Shown piece by piece: positions 20,436-30,428 of a stretch of DNA of 32,584 nt. The notes below the pieces were generated by a model. It saw nothing but the letters and a program-made list of their open reading frames with translations, was not told the origin of the DNA and did not search any database. The translations under genes were made by a program, and so were the position numbers. Position 1 is the stretch's first letter. Each line of letters starts with the position of its first letter. The DNA comes from a virus (taxonomy: Duplodnaviria; Heunggongvirae; Uroviricota; Caudoviricetes): the IMG/VR virus record IMGVR_UViG_2565956616_000004; one strand, 5' to 3'.

Positions 20436-20463
20436 AGCCTGGCTCCTTGCCAGGCTTTTTTTA
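20436..20463 (+). terminator. Plus-strand intrinsic terminator-like hairpin overlapping the stop of the minus-strand 103-aa ORF
   Basis: Stem agcctggc / gccaggct with loop tcctt, followed by T7. Confidence 0.45.
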
Positions 20464-20772
20464 TTTCATCATGGAAGCTGTTAATGCTTTGGACCTTGCT
20501 GAACTGATTGAGAGGGCTTTGTCAACGTGCCCCAAAAATTCGCCAAACTCAGACATCACTTTAGCAAAACCGCGCCGTGCTTCTTCCTCGGTGGCATTCA
20601 TCACGAAATGTTCAGCACTACGCATACTTCTGACAGGGAACGCAACGGATATTGAGTCAATATCAGGCATTCTATCGCTCAGCTTTACAGTGACAATGAC
20701 GGCTGGCGACTGAATATTAGTGCTCACTGACAGCACTACATATTTTCCGCCGATGTTGAAATTCTTTCTCAT
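20461..20772 (-). CDS. Hypothetical 103-aa protein between cre and ref (position of P1 cra)
   Basis: ATG at 20772 with a GGTG Shine-Dalgarno, immediately downstream of an operator-like site; positional assignment only. Confidence 0.5.
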   Translation of the reverse strand: MRKNFNIGGKYVVLSVSTNIQSPAVIVTVKLSDRMPDIDSISVAFPVRSMRSAEHFVMNATEEEARRGFAKVMSEFGEFLGHVDKALSISSARSKALTASMMK

Positions 20773-20788
20773 ATGTCACCATAAATAT

Positions 20789-20805
20789 CAAAGAATTAGA
20801 GCAAT
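20789..20805 (-). promoter_or_regulatory. C1 operator-like 17-mer between cre and the 103-aa ORF
   Basis: Minus-strand ATTGCTCTAATTCTTTG. Confidence 0.5.
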
Positions 20806-20822
20806 CATTTACGCGTTAATGG

Positions 20823-21854
20823 CTAATCGCCATCTTCCAGCAGGCGCACCATTGCCCCTGTTTCACTATCCAGGTTACGGATATAGTTCATGACAATATT
20901 TACGTTGGTCCAGCCACCAGCTTGCATGATCTCCGGTATTGAAACTCCGGCGCGGGCCATATCTCGTGCGGCTCCGACACGGGCACTGTGTCCAGACCAG
21001 GCCAGGTACCTCTGACCAGAGTCATCCTTAGCCCCGTAAATCAATCGGTGAGTTGCTTCAAAAATCCCTTCCAGGGCGCGAGTTGATAGCTGGCTGGTGG
21101 ATGATGGCGAGGCAACACCATTTTTTCTGACCCGGCAAAACAAGTAGTTATTCGGATCATCAGCCACACCAGAGACGGAAATCCATCGCTCGACCAGTTT
21201 AGTTACCCCCAGGCTAAGTGCCTTCTCTACACCTGCGGTGCTAACCAGCGTTTTCGTTCTGCCAATATGGATTAACATTCTCCCACCGTCAGTACGTGAG
21301 ATATCTTTAACCCTGATCCTGGAAATTTCGGCTATACGTAACAGGGTGTTATAAGCAATCCCCAGAAATGCCAGATTACGTATATCCTGGCAGCGCTCAC
21401 TATTTTCCATGAGTGAACGAACCAGGTCGAAATCAGTGCGTTCGAACGCCAGCGCCTGTTTTGCACGCTCACCGGCATCAACGTTTTCTTTTCGGATCCG
21501 TCGCATGACCAGTGAAACAGCATTGCTGTCACTTGGTCGTGGCAGCCCGGACCGACGATGAAGCATGTTTAGCTGGCCCAAATGTTGCTGGATAGTTTTT
21601 ACTGCCAGACCGCGCGCCTGAAGATATAGAAGATAATCGCGAACATCTTCAGGTTTTGCGGGAAACCATTTCCGGTTATTCAACTTGCACCATGCCGCCC
21701 ACGACCGGCAAACGGACAGAAGCATTTTCCAGGTATGCTCAGAAAACGCATGGCGATCCCTGAACATGTCCATCAGGTTCTTGCGAACCTCATCACTCGT
21801 TGCATCGACCGGTAATGCAGGCAAATTTTGGTGTACGGTCAGTAAATTGGACAT
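20823..21854 (-). CDS. cre: Cre tyrosine site-specific recombinase
   Basis: 343 aa, MSNLLTVHQNLPALPVDATSDEVRKNLMDMFRDR...RLLEDGD. Near-identical to Cre as I remember it, with a handful of substitutions (for example DRHAF, PAKPEDV, AEISRIRV). Confidence 0.97.
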   Translation of the reverse strand: MSNLLTVHQNLPALPVDATSDEVRKNLMDMFRDRHAFSEHTWKMLLSVCRSWAAWCKLNNRKWFPAKPEDVRDYLLYLQARGLAVKTIQQHLGQLNMLHRRSGLPRPSDSNAVSLVMRRIRKENVDAGERAKQALAFERTDFDLVRSLMENSERCQDIRNLAFLGIAYNTLLRIAEISRIRVKDISRTDGGRMLIHIGRTKTLVSTAGVEKALSLGVTKLVERWISVSGVADDPNNYLFCRVRKNGVASPSSTSQLSTRALEGIFEATHRLIYGAKDDSGQRYLAWSGHSARVGAARDMARAGVSIPEIMQAGGWTNVNIVMNYIRNLDSETGAMVRLLEDGD

Positions 21855-21861
21855 TTAACAC

Positions 21862-22083
21862 TCAGATAATGGTTTTAAGTAAAGTGTACAGGATCGGCTC
21901 TGCCTTTACCTGTTTATGGTTCTCGTCATAGAAACGCCAGCGACCGCGCGTGCGTTCTATTTTCTCTTCACCGCGCGATAATGACAGTTGACAACTATCA
22001 CGATCAAACCCTTTTGCCCGCCAGTAACCACGGTTTTTCTCAAGCTCAAGATGAGTGGACACTTTAGCAGCTGAATATCCCAT
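21862..22083 (-). CDS. Hypothetical 73-aa ORF directly upstream of cre
   Basis: ORF only; no motif recognised. It lies in what would be the cre promoter region, so it may not be a real gene. Confidence 0.3.
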   Translation of the reverse strand: MGYSAAKVSTHLELEKNRGYWRAKGFDRDSCQLSLSRGEEKIERTRGRWRFYDENHKQVKAEPILYTLLKTII

Positions 22084-22180
22084 TTTTCACCTCTGATTGA
22101 TTGGTGGTGCTAAGTGCGCTACGCGAAATCTGGAGCACTAACACTGCCAACATTTCGCAGATTTTACGTAGCGCAACCTT

Positions 22181-22253
22181 GATCAAATGATCAAGTGATC
22201 ACTATTTGACCTGATAAGGTATTGAACTGTATGGATTTACAGGTAAATTGATC
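22181..22253. promoter_or_regulatory. Cluster of GATC (Dam) sites upstream of cre
   Basis: gatcaaatgatcaagtgatcac (three GATC within 22181-22200) plus GATC at 22250-22253. Dam-regulated cre promoters are described for P1. Confidence 0.5.
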
Positions 22254-22313
22254 ATGTTCAATAACCCTTAAGGATCTGAAGAGGAGTTTACGTCCAGCTG
22301 CGCATAAAAATCA

Positions 22314-22330
22314 ATAATTATTAGAGCAAT
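22314..22330 (-). promoter_or_regulatory. C1 operator-like site (immC region)
   Basis: Minus-strand ATTGCTCTAATAATTAT. Confidence 0.6.
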
Positions 22331-22390
22331 AAATTTTGAGAGAAAAATCCCACTCCACCAGCCAAAAACTGGATTGTTTTTCATAGTTGT

Positions 22391-22413
22391 TTGACAATTG
22401 CTCTAATAAATTA
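22391..22413 (+). promoter_or_regulatory. C1 operator overlapping a TTGACA -35 element upstream of coi-c1
   Basis: TTGACA at 22391-22396 followed by ATTGCTCTAATAAATTA (22397-22413), 16 of 17 matches to the operator consensus. Confidence 0.65.
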
Positions 22414-22651
22414 TAGTTTTGCCGCCGTTTCGTAATACGACTTTGGATTCACTATTTAATGTGTCTTCAGCGTTGTAGAGCGGCTCAGAAGGAAATGAGC
22501 AAACAGGGAAACCTTATACAACGGCATTACAGCTATGCATTGCTCATCTTACACACAGCGCAATGTTGTTAGATTACCCCAGCATGGATCATGGGTGAAA
22601 CAGTAGGTCAGAGCTTCAGGCTCTGTGTTGTCAATACAGTGAGGCATAATT

Positions 22652-22861
22652 ATGGCTTTCATTCCACCAACCATCGACGACGTTAGACATTGCTCTAACG
22701 CTTTATCTGTAGACCCCGCCGAAACCGACGCTGCCCGCGCCATTGCTGAACACTACTCAAAGATATCCAATCAGGAGTACCGCATCACCCAAGACGACCT
22801 GGATGATCTCACTGACACAATCGAATATCTCATGGCCACTAACCAGCCAGACTCACAATAA
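22652..22861 (+). CDS. coi: Coi (C1 inactivator)
   Basis: 69 aa, MAFIPPTIDDVRHCSNALSVDPAETDAARAIAEHYSKISNQ...; immediately upstream of c1 on the same strand. Confidence 0.85.
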   Translation: MAFIPPTIDDVRHCSNALSVDPAETDAARAIAEHYSKISNQEYRITQDDLDDLTDTIEYLMATNQPDSQ

Positions 22862-22949
22862 ATGCACTAATAAATCTATTATTTTCGTTGGATCCTTCTA
22901 TAATGGTGGCCAACAACTCCCAGTGTAATCCGCTGTGAGTTGTTGGCCA
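22861..22949 (+). promoter_or_regulatory. c1-proximal control region: operator-like site, TATAAT and a 13-bp leader hairpin
   Basis: AATGCACTAATAAATCT (22861-22877, operator-like), TATAAT at 22899-22904, then a perfect 13-bp inverted repeat tggccaacaactc / gagttgttggcca (22907-22949, 17-nt loop) before the GGAGGAGGA Shine-Dalgarno of c1. Confidence 0.45.
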
Positions 22950-22971
22950 TGTCAATTCTGGAGGAGGATCA

Positions 22972-23823
22972 ATGATAAATTATGTCTACGGCGAACAACT
23001 GTACCAGGAGTTCGTCAGCTTCAGGGATCTCTTTCTAAAAAAAGCTGTTGCACGCGCCCAACACGTTGATGCCGCCAGCGACGGTCGTCCTGTTCGCCCG
23101 GTTGTCGTTCTGCCGTTCAAAGAAACGGACAGCATTCAGGCTGAAATTGATAAATGGACTTTAATGGCGCGGGAACTGGAACAGTACCCAGACCTCAATA
23201 TCCCAAAGACTATTTTATATCCTGTGCCTAACATCCTTCGCGGTGTGCGTAAGGTTACGACTTATCAGACAGAAGCTGTGAACAGCGTCAACATGACCGC
23301 TGGCCGCATTATTCATCTGATTGATAAGGACATTCGCATCCAGAAAAGCGCGGGGATCAATGAGCACAGTGCGAAATACATAGAGAACCTGGAAGCAACA
23401 AAAGAGCTAATGAAGCAGTACCCGGAGGATGAAAAATTCCGTATGCGTGTACACGGCTTTAGCGAAACAATGCTGCGCGTCCATTACATTTCCAGTAGCC
23501 CTAACTACAATGATGGTAAATCAGTTAGTTACCATGTGCCGCTGTGTGGTGTGTTTATCTGCGATGAAACTCTCCGTGATGGAATCATCATCAACGGTGA
23601 ATTCGAGAAAGCAAAATTTAGCCTTTATGACTCTATAGAACCGATCATCTGCGACCGCTGGCCGCAGGCAAAAATATATCGCCTGGCAGATATTGAAAAT
23701 GTAAAAAAACAAATTGCCATCACTCGCGAAGAGAAAAAGGTCAAATCAGCCGCATCAGTTACGCGCAGCCGTAAAACTAAGAAAGGGCAGCCAGTAAACG
23801 ACAACCCCGAAAGCGCGCAATAG
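22972..23823 (+). CDS. c1: C1 repressor of lysogeny
   Basis: 283 aa, MINYVYGEQLYQEFVSFRDLFLKKAVARAQ..., with a basic C-terminal tail. Matches P1 C1 in size and sequence as I recall it, and operator sites matching its consensus are distributed through the window. Confidence 0.93.
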   Translation: MINYVYGEQLYQEFVSFRDLFLKKAVARAQHVDAASDGRPVRPVVVLPFKETDSIQAEIDKWTLMARELEQYPDLNIPKTILYPVPNILRGVRKVTTYQTEAVNSVNMTAGRIIHLIDKDIRIQKSAGINEHSAKYIENLEATKELMKQYPEDEKFRMRVHGFSETMLRVHYISSSPNYNDGKSVSYHVPLCGVFICDETLRDGIIINGEFEKAKFSLYDSIEPIICDRWPQAKIYRLADIENVKKQIAITREEKKVKSAASVTRSRKTKKGQPVNDNPESAQ

Positions 23824-23847
23824 TTTCCATCCGGCATGGTCAATGAG

Positions 23848-25332
23848 TTATTCATTAAGCCATGCCAGAGCTTCATCAACCTGCGCTTCGTCTTCGACGC
23901 TAAGCACTTCATCCTGGGGAACATAATCCGCCAGCATAGCGAAACAATATGTATCCCAATGGTCTGGTGAGTGCAGGTTGAGTTTTTTCTTCATATCCTC
24001 CTTACTCATCACCTTCCATTGACCTGCGGAGTTAATCCCTACAGGGATTTTCGACGCTTCCTCAATAGTTTCATTACCCTTATCCAGTCTCATACGACCA
24101 GATTTTACGGCCTCTGCGGCTTGAACGTTGGCATAAGCACGTTTATCAAAGTACAGGCTCTTATCTTCACGGCTATGCATCTTTTTACCCCAGCGTATAC
24201 GCTGTACGGTAATACCATAATACTCGTACATCAGATCCGCCGTTGCTTTACCCAGCCCATCGCCGTCTATCGCTATGGTGATATTTGGGAATCGCTCAGG
24301 ATTACATTCTGCGAAAATTTTGGCGGCAAGCTGCGTTTCTGTAACGTCTGTGTATTCCAGCATTCGATAGTTGATTACACGGCGTTTATTTCTCTGGCCG
24401 GACACCATCATGATATTGATAACGGACTTATCCCGTCCCGTACCACCAGCAACGTCCACACATGCAAGCCAGCCCCATCCTTTGGCAATCTTGACTTTCC
24501 GCCGCGTCGCACGTTCAACCTCATCACGTCCAAGAAGGAAGCCATCCTGTGATTTAGGGAATAGTCCGCGTACCTTAATCATGTACATAGGGTTATCACG
24601 CCCGCCGTACTCCGCCAGCTTCATTTTGATAAATGCTGGCGTTACCAGCGGTGATTCCTCACTGTTAAGCGTGATCGCCGTATAAACGCCATCAGGGTTA
24701 CCAGGACGCTTGGCCAGTTTATGGTGAGTATCGTAGAAATAGCCGCTTGGGCGTGTAGGCTGTGACAGTAATAAGATGCGGTTATCCTGTCCGGTAAGAG
24801 CACCGGTGATGATACCGAAAGCTCTATCACTGACACCGGAGGCTTCATCGATAATATACAGAAGATGATCTGCGTGTTCACCGGCGAGAGCTTCTTCACT
24901 TCCCAGACGAAAGCCCTTCGGTACTACAGTCCATACACCTTTACCAGTAACCTCATAGAAAGCGGTTTCTGTCAGAACAAAATAATCAGCAAGCCATGGA
25001 AAACGGCTGGTGGCAGTAGCCCAGTTTATCTTGATGTACTTGAATATACCGGTCATTACCTGCTGAATTTTGTTCGCAACGATAATGGCGCGGGCACCGG
25101 GATACATGATTATGAACAACATGATCATGATAGAAGTCATGTCTGATTTCCCGGTACCGTGACCAGACGAAACAGATGTCTTGCTACCCTGTTCCTGCAC
25201 AGACTCAATAATCAGATCCTGCTGCCAGGTAGGTGTTTTGCCGAACAAAACATCAGCGGCAGCAATCCAGTCATAACGATATAGCGCCACCAGCTCGCGC
25301 CAACGTGGATCCGTTACGCAACTTCTGGCCAT
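23848..25332 (-). CDS. pacB: PacB terminase large subunit
   Basis: 494 aa; Walker A GHGTGKS, Walker [10 protein letters not shown]; start ATG overlaps the pacA stop (TAATG). Confidence 0.93.
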   Translation of the reverse strand: MARSCVTDPRWRELVALYRYDWIAAADVLFGKTPTWQQDLIIESVQEQGSKTSVSSGHGTGKSDMTSIMIMLFIIMYPGARAIIVANKIQQVMTGIFKYIKINWATATSRFPWLADYFVLTETAFYEVTGKGVWTVVPKGFRLGSEEALAGEHADHLLYIIDEASGVSDRAFGIITGALTGQDNRILLLSQPTRPSGYFYDTHHKLAKRPGNPDGVYTAITLNSEESPLVTPAFIKMKLAEYGGRDNPMYMIKVRGLFPKSQDGFLLGRDEVERATRRKVKIAKGWGWLACVDVAGGTGRDKSVINIMMVSGQRNKRRVINYRMLEYTDVTETQLAAKIFAECNPERFPNITIAIDGDGLGKATADLMYEYYGITVQRIRWGKKMHSREDKSLYFDKRAYANVQAAEAVKSGRMRLDKGNETIEEASKIPVGINSAGQWKVMSKEDMKKKLNLHSPDHWDTYCFAMLADYVPQDEVLSVEDEAQVDEALAWLNE

Positions 25333-26525
25333 TAATCATCATCCCCGTATAGCTTGCGGGTAACTTCTTCGTCTTCCTCCTCGTCTTCGTCCAGGTCTTG
25401 TTCCAGCCATGGGTCGTTTGATACACCTTCAGTATCAACATCTCCATAACCGCCTGTATCAACGATATCGGCGATTTCTTCCCTACGCTGCTCAATCCAC
25501 AATGCGGCATCGGCGCGGCGGTTGGCGGCCCGTTCTCGCGCAACTTTGTCCAGATCTTCAAGAGAAGGGCCACCGACGGCTGTTTGCCTTTCCTCATCAT
25601 CGGTATTGGTCTTAGGAGCACGCAGATCGGCTTTGATTTGCTCCAGCATCAGGGGCGGTACTTTCCCTCCATGCGCCTCGATGAATTCAGCTGCCTCCAG
25701 CACTGACCAGTTGTTTTCACGCTTTCGTTCGTATGCCAGCTTAACAATGCCAGCTTGCCCCATAGACAAAGCGTGCTTTTCCGCCTCCCGGCTTTCTTTT
25801 CGATAGTTATTCCGGATGCTGTAAATGGTGTTGATCAGGCTGCTTATCTGCGCGGAACAGCTGTTTAGCATGCTCGCGATACGGTATTCAGGCGGAGTTC
25901 CTTCATCATCGTCTTTTTGCTGATCGCGCATTTCCTGAACCAAGCGAATACACGTATCCCTGGCGTTCTCCAGCATAAGGAGATGAGAGAGAGACTTTTC
26001 CAGAAGAGTGGTTTCCAGAACATCAGCCCCGGACCGACGCAACATAGCGCGCGCGGCCTTCCGCGCTTCAACGTTATCTATCAGGTAATCGCCAGCTTCG
26101 AATTCAAAGCGTTCACCATCATCATCCAGGGTGTCGCGTTCCAGGCGATCACGTAAGGTCCGGTGGGCGCGGGTGATCACGTCATGATCATCAGAACGAT
26201 CATTTATGCGCTTATTCTGGCGCTTCGCGTTCTCGACTGCGGCACTGACAACAGCATTAACTCTTTGTTTTTCAGCCATTTCAGCCACAATGTGATCACC
26301 TGCACGTTGATCATTAGCGTGATCAATGATCATGCTTTTTAGTGGTTTTCTGACAGGCTTATTTGGCTTACGGCTGTCCGCTGTTCCGGTGTCTTCTTTG
26401 AATGCACGGAGATAACGACGTGCGGTGTTTGGGTTGAGATTAAACTCGGCGGCATATTGTGCGATGGTGTAACCACCATCTCGCGCCAGGCGAGCAAAAT
26501 TCTTCTTGTGATCGTCCCAGGTCAC
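25332..26525 (-). CDS. pacA: PacA terminase small subunit (contains the pac site)
   Basis: 397 aa, apparent GTG start with an AAGGAAG Shine-Dalgarno; acidic C-terminus; the pac hexamer cluster lies in its 5' part. Confidence 0.9.
   Translation of the reverse strand: MTWDDHKKNFARLARDGGYTIAQYAAEFNLNPNTARRYLRAFKEDTGTADSRKPNKPVRKPLKSMIIDHANDQRAGDHIVAEMAEKQRVNAVVSAAVENAKRQNKRINDRSDDHDVITRAHRTLRDRLERDTLDDDGERFEFEAGDYLIDNVEARKAARAMLRRSGADVLETTLLEKSLSHLLMLENARDTCIRLVQEMRDQQKDDDEGTPPEYRIASMLNSCSAQISSLINTIYSIRNNYRKESREAEKHALSMGQAGIVKLAYERKRENNWSVLEAAEFIEAHGGKVPPLMLEQIKADLRAPKTNTDDEERQTAVGGPSLEDLDKVARERAANRRADAALWIEQRREEIADIVDTGGYGDVDTEGVSNDPWLEQDLDEDEEEDEEVTRKLYGDDD
26175..26332. repeat. pac packaging site: seven TGATCA-type hexamers (Dam sites) in two clusters, 3 + 4
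   Basis: TGATCA at 26175 and 26186, GATC at 26199-26202, then TGATCA at 26293, 26308, 26320 and 26327. The P1 pac site is described as about 160 bp with this 4/3 arrangement. Confidence 0.85.
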
Positions 26526-26611
26526 TTATGCTTCCTTTCGTATAAAACTCTTTTTGACGCGAGGGTAACGAAAGTCACATGTCAAAAGGCCCGGAACGGG
26601 CAAGCAATCAA

Positions 26612-27064
26612 TCAGATACGTGCGGATGTGGCATTACCGTAATGACGGTGCTGACGGACCACCTTATTGAAAAGTTGACGCGCCATCACCCAAGGCTGGT
26701 GCTCCCGGCGTTCCTTTTCGTCCTGCGTCATATAGAGTTCGTTCTGGAGTTTTTCATCAAACCGGCGCGGAGCGCGGCTGCGGCGAAAGAATTCAGGATT
26801 CAGAGAGTGGATCTGAAATCTACGTGGGCGTGTACTGTCATCAATCAAAACAGACGAATACTTAGACACAGCGATAGCCTTTAAGCGCAGATAAACATCG
26901 CGCTTATCGACATCCAGATGCGGGTATTCCTTTTCAAGAATTGCTGCGAGTTCTTTCGCTGATAGAAGAGATTTAGTGCGGATCATGTAATCCGCAATCT
27001 CGTACGATGTTATTCGTGAGTGATTTATTTCCATGAAGTGGCGTCCCTGCCAGTTAAGTAACAT
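26612..27064 (-). CDS. 150-aa protein at the position of P1 lpa (late promoter activator)
   Basis: ATG at 27064 with an AGGTGA Shine-Dalgarno; a C1 operator-like site lies immediately upstream; positional assignment. Confidence 0.5.
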   Translation of the reverse strand: MLLNWQGRHFMEINHSRITSYEIADYMIRTKSLLSAKELAAILEKEYPHLDVDKRDVYLRLKAIAVSKYSSVLIDDSTRPRRFQIHSLNPEFFRRSRAPRRFDEKLQNELYMTQDEKERREHQPWVMARQLFNKVVRQHRHYGNATSARI

Positions 27065-27134
27065 CCTGTCACCTACTGATTAGCCCATGTCAACTAATCA
27101 ACGTCGAATATAATACCCTCGATTAAAGAAATAG

Positions 27135-27151
27135 CAATACATTAGAGCAAT
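27135..27151 (-). promoter_or_regulatory. C1 operator-like site upstream of the lpa-position gene
   Basis: Minus-strand ATTGCTCTAATGTATTG with an adjacent second AGCAAT half-site. Confidence 0.55.
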
Positions 27152-27152
27152 T

Positions 27153-28196
27153 TTATCTAACGCTCGACGAGTGACTTGTGATAGCGCCGACTCCAAGCGC
27201 GTAATCAAAGAACAATCGTTGATGCATCGCCAGCCTACCGTGCGTCTTCTCCCAATTATCGCGGTCACGCTCAATATCACGCTGGCATGACTGGCACAGA
27301 GGAATAGCATAAATGTCATGCGCGCATAATCGACTATGACGAACGATATAAGGCGTAATGTGAGCGCCAGCTCCCGCAGCTCCACAGCCACAGCATGGAC
27401 GGGAAGCCACAAAGTCCATGTACTCGGGCAATTTTAGCGATTGAAGTTTTGGTATTTTGAAATGCGCCATACCTGGGTCGGAGTCAACATCCACAGGGCA
27501 TACTTTTGCACGCATCGGCGCGGCGCGTTCTTCCATCATCTGAACATATGCTGTAGCGCGATCGTCATACGGGCGAATATCCGCCTCTTTCAGAGGTCCG
27601 CTATCCTGCGGAGTAGCCTTCATCTTATTTATTGATATGCGGCAGACTTCTTCCGGCATCAGGTGCATCATGTTGCGCATGAAAGCCCACCAGCACAGCT
27701 CCTGAATACTTAAATCATGGCTATTTGAAAGGCCCATTTCCTGACGGGCGACATCCAGTATCCAGTTAACGCGATTATTGTGCAGCGTTTCTTTCAGCTC
27801 ATTAAAACCACGCATCCGGTAATGGTTATCGTGATGCCAGCACAACAACACCGCGCTATTGTCTCGTTCTGCGTGGACAATATGGTTGTCACACCAGCTA
27901 CGATCTGCGGCCTGGCATTGCCCCTCTTTCCTGCGCAACCACGCCACCAGCGCGTCAATTCCACCAATACGGCGAAACAGTTCATCGCTGTTAAAAAACG
28001 GCTGCAACGCCTCATTTGTTGCCATGGTTTGCTCGGTAACAACGAGGCCGTCTTCCATGTGCTCGATTAACTCACGCGGCACCGGCTCCATAATAAATTT
28101 ACGGCCAGCCTCCACCAGCTTTCTGACTTCCTGATCCACTTTGAATGTGGCGACGCCAAGCTCTTTTTGTACAAAGGGAGTAATTACGGCTTTCAC
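27153..28196 (-). CDS. Hypothetical 347-aa Cys/His-rich protein (position of P1 pdcB)
   Basis: Apparent GTG start with an AAAGGTG Shine-Dalgarno; contains CWHHDNH and CCGCG...C..C..C clusters suggestive of metal binding. Confidence 0.55.
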   Translation of the reverse strand: MKAVITPFVQKELGVATFKVDQEVRKLVEAGRKFIMEPVPRELIEHMEDGLVVTEQTMATNEALQPFFNSDELFRRIGGIDALVAWLRRKEGQCQAADRSWCDNHIVHAERDNSAVLLCWHHDNHYRMRGFNELKETLHNNRVNWILDVARQEMGLSNSHDLSIQELCWWAFMRNMMHLMPEEVCRISINKMKATPQDSGPLKEADIRPYDDRATAYVQMMEERAAPMRAKVCPVDVDSDPGMAHFKIPKLQSLKLPEYMDFVASRPCCGCGAAGAGAHITPYIVRHSRLCAHDIYAIPLCQSCQRDIERDRDNWEKTHGRLAMHQRLFFDYALGVGAITSHSSSVR

Positions 28197-28223
28197 ATCA
28201 CACCTTTCATCACTGATTGGGCT

Positions 28224-28424
28224 TTATCTGCTGCCCGGCATTCTCTGTTTAAGCACAACCATTTCCTGACGGCATAACACAGCAATAGCAGCCCTGGCTC
28301 CAATTTGCTTACCAACCAGGTATTGCTTTACCTCGCGGCGACTCACGCCATCAAGAAGCATCTTTAACGCTTCACGGGACAATTTGTTGTATTTGCGTGC
28401 CATTAATCTACTCCGCAGAACCAT
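28224..28424 (-). CDS. Small 66-aa protein (position of P1 pdcA)
   Basis: ATG at 28424, overlapping the doc 3' end by 17 nt. Confidence 0.45.
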
Positions 28425-28788
28425 ACAATCTACGTAACGTGTCGGCGACAGAAGATACAGATATCTCGCCAGTCGCAGCGCCTACAGTAAGGTCTGCCAG
28501 TTCAGGTGAATCAAATACCTGCACCCCGTTACGGCGTAGAAATAGCAGCGCGCTGTTTAGCGCGGTACGCTTATTGGCATCATTGAATATATGCCCTCTC
28601 GCTGTAGCCACCAGGTAGGTGGCGGAGACTTCGAAAAGGTCGGTGATCTCTTCGTAGGCAACTCTGGCCTGAACTCTCCCGATAATGGCCTCTGCCCTGC
28701 CCGGATCTGACATGCCAGGCAGGCCGCCGTAGCGGCTTATATTCGCATCATGAAGCGCAATAAGTTCTTCCGGTGATATATGCCTCAT
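28408..28788 (-). CDS. doc: Doc toxin (Fic-fold kinase) of the Phd/Doc addiction module
   Basis: 126 aa, [22 protein letters not shown]..., with the Fic-type motif [11 protein letters not shown]; its ATG overlaps the phd stop (TAATG). Confidence 0.93.
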
Positions 28789-29009
28789 TATCGGTTAACC
28801 AGTTCCTTGTTGGTGGAGTCCAGGGTGTCAAACAGGGATGCAAATTCAGCATCCAGCGCCGCTTTTTTGTAGGCTTCGAAAGTAGCCTTGCTGACAATTA
28901 CTGCTGGCTCACGGCCTCTGCGGGTGATTTCAACCTCTTCCCCGGCTTCAACATTGTTGAGCACTTCAGAAAGGTTGCCGCGCGCGGTACGGAAGTTAAT
29001 GGATTGCAT
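28788..29009 (-). CDS. phd: Phd antitoxin
   Basis: 73 aa from ATG 29009, [73 protein letters not shown]. Confidence 0.9.
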
Positions 29010-29081
29010 AAACACCTCGTGTACTCGTTATGTGTACACAATTATAAACCTCACAGGCATAAAGCACCAGCCCTTTGCAGC

Positions 29082-29471
29082 TTAAATAACCGGACAATCA
29101 TCAAACTCCCCACTTCGGGCATCATTGATGACATGAGTGATCACACCAAAAACAGCATTACTGCCCGTGCATCCATCGTCATCTACTGGTAACGCCTCTT
29201 TCTTCCCGGTGCTTAAATCCTCCAGGTGCTGGCGCGGATACTTCCTGTATCTCTTTATGCGATATTCACCCTCCATAGCGCACACAAGCAGCGAACCATC
29301 AACTGGAGTAAGCGAAGAATCAACCACCAGCAAAGCACCCTGCAATATTCCCTCACGGTGATGGCTATCAGCTGCCCGCATGAAGTAGGTTGCTGATGGA
29401 TGTCTAATTATCTGCTGATCAAGAGAAATTCGGCTTTCAACATAATCCGCCGCAGGAGAAGGGAAGCCCAT
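29082..29471 (-). CDS. humD: HumD (UmuD-like SOS mutagenesis protein, peptidase S24 fold)
   Basis: 129 aa; LexA/UmuD-like C-terminal domain; a LexA box lies 19 bp upstream. Confidence 0.85.
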   Translation of the reverse strand: MGFPSPAADYVESRISLDQQIIRHPSATYFMRAADSHHREGILQGALLVVDSSLTPVDGSLLVCAMEGEYRIKRYRKYPRQHLEDLSTGKKEALPVDDDGCTGSNAVFGVITHVINDARSGEFDDCPVI

Positions 29472-29489
29472 AGCGTTTTACCTCAATGA

Positions 29490-29509
29490 TACTGTTTATT
29501 CATACAGTA
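29490..29509. promoter_or_regulatory. LexA (SOS) box upstream of humD
   Basis: TACTGTTTATTCATACAGTA: CTGT (29492-29495), 8 nt, ACAG (29504-29507). Confidence 0.8.
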
Positions 29510-29594
29510 TACATTGAAAAGGCATAGTTTGTGAAAGCGGGGTTTGTAGGCGCGCCACGCTGGGGGCTAATCACATTTCTCCCCCATCTTGCCG

Positions 29595-29846
29595 TTATTT
29601 TTTTGGTGCATCCTCGTTCTGATACACCGGATCGCTCCCTTTTGGCAACTGGAGGCTTAACTGCCGGTAGTGCCGTAGCCGTTCCATGAAATAGGCGCGC
29701 AGGTTTTCCGGTTGCTCACGGGCCACCTGCTCTGCAATCACAGGTATATTCAGCCGTTCTTTGTAAGCAACGCCGCTGGCGGCAAGGTCTACGTTCACCT
29801 TGTCTCGCTCTTCCTGGCTTTTAGCTGCTATATTTCGATCTGACAC
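29595..29846 (-). CDS. hot: Hot, homologue of the DNA polymerase III theta subunit (HolE)
   Basis: 83 aa, apparent GTG start with a GGAGG Shine-Dalgarno; [43 protein letters not shown] parallels E. coli theta. Confidence 0.85.
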   Translation of the reverse strand: MSDRNIAAKSQEERDKVNVDLAASGVAYKERLNIPVIAEQVAREQPENLRAYFMERLRHYRQLSLQLPKGSDPVYQNEDAPKK

Positions 29847-29878
29847 AAGAAACCTCCAGGAGTTAGTGGATCAGGCAC

Positions 29879-30229
29879 ATGCACAATAACGTTCTCAATG
29901 TTAGCCGTTCAATTCAGACAATCAGAGACTGCACCAGTGTGGTGGCATCAATCCCATTGCGAAACAGCATAGACGAACTGCAAATTCGTGTATTGAATCC
30001 GAATCAGGCTAATAAGCAATTGCGCTTTATTTTGACGCTGAAAAGTGAAACAGAGGGGATAAAGCACAGCGTAAAAGTGTTTTCTGAGGCCATTCTGCTT
30101 AATGGGAAGTTCCGGCATCTGGTAAGGCCAGAACGTCAATATCCTGACGTCCTGGCGCGTGAAAAAGACCTTCTTTCTGAAGTTCAGGATAGGGTGATCG
30201 ATTTCGTCAAATGCTATCCCCTGCATTGA
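29879..30229 (+). CDS. Hypothetical 116-aa ORF (weakly supported; an overlapping minus-strand ORF 29948-30226 is equally possible)
   Basis: ORF only; weak Shine-Dalgarno; no motif recognised. Confidence 0.25.
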   Translation: MHNNVLNVSRSIQTIRDCTSVVASIPLRNSIDELQIRVLNPNQANKQLRFILTLKSETEGIKHSVKVFSEAILLNGKFRHLVRPERQYPDVLAREKDLLSEVQDRVIDFVKCYPLH

Positions 30230-30428
30230 GGGCAGGTGTTCCCTTCCGCAAAGTAGGGAAAATTGCTATCAAGTTCATCACACCATCTGCGATGGTCGTA
30301 GCACCAAAAGCCTCCCACGGTAAACCAAAAGACTTCATCCACTGGGACACTCGATCTAGTATATCTGCTGGTGGCAGTTCTTCTGGCAATAATTTGCCTG
30401 ATAATTCCCTTTCCGCCCGCGACAGCAT
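30207..30428 (-). CDS. Coiled-coil-like ORF in the -1 frame relative to the short upstream ORF (73 aa from its own ATG, 80 codons open)
   Basis: MLSRAERELSGKLLPEELPP...; its own ATG at 30428 has no Shine-Dalgarno; the frame is open upstream to the slippery site. Confidence 0.45.
   Translation of the reverse strand: MLSRAERELSGKLLPEELPPADILDRVSQWMKSFGLPWEAFGATTIADGVMNLIAIFPTLRKGTPALNAGDSI

Noticed and set aside
20399-20713. Plus-strand 104-aa ORF
   Set aside because: TTG start, runs straight through a hairpin-plus-T7 terminator, and is antisense to a better-supported minus-strand ORF that has a Shine-Dalgarno and an upstream operator.
22181-22253. A second pac site near cre
   Set aside because: Only three or four GATC sites without the 4/3 TGATCA hexamer architecture seen inside pacA; more consistent with Dam-regulated promoter elements.
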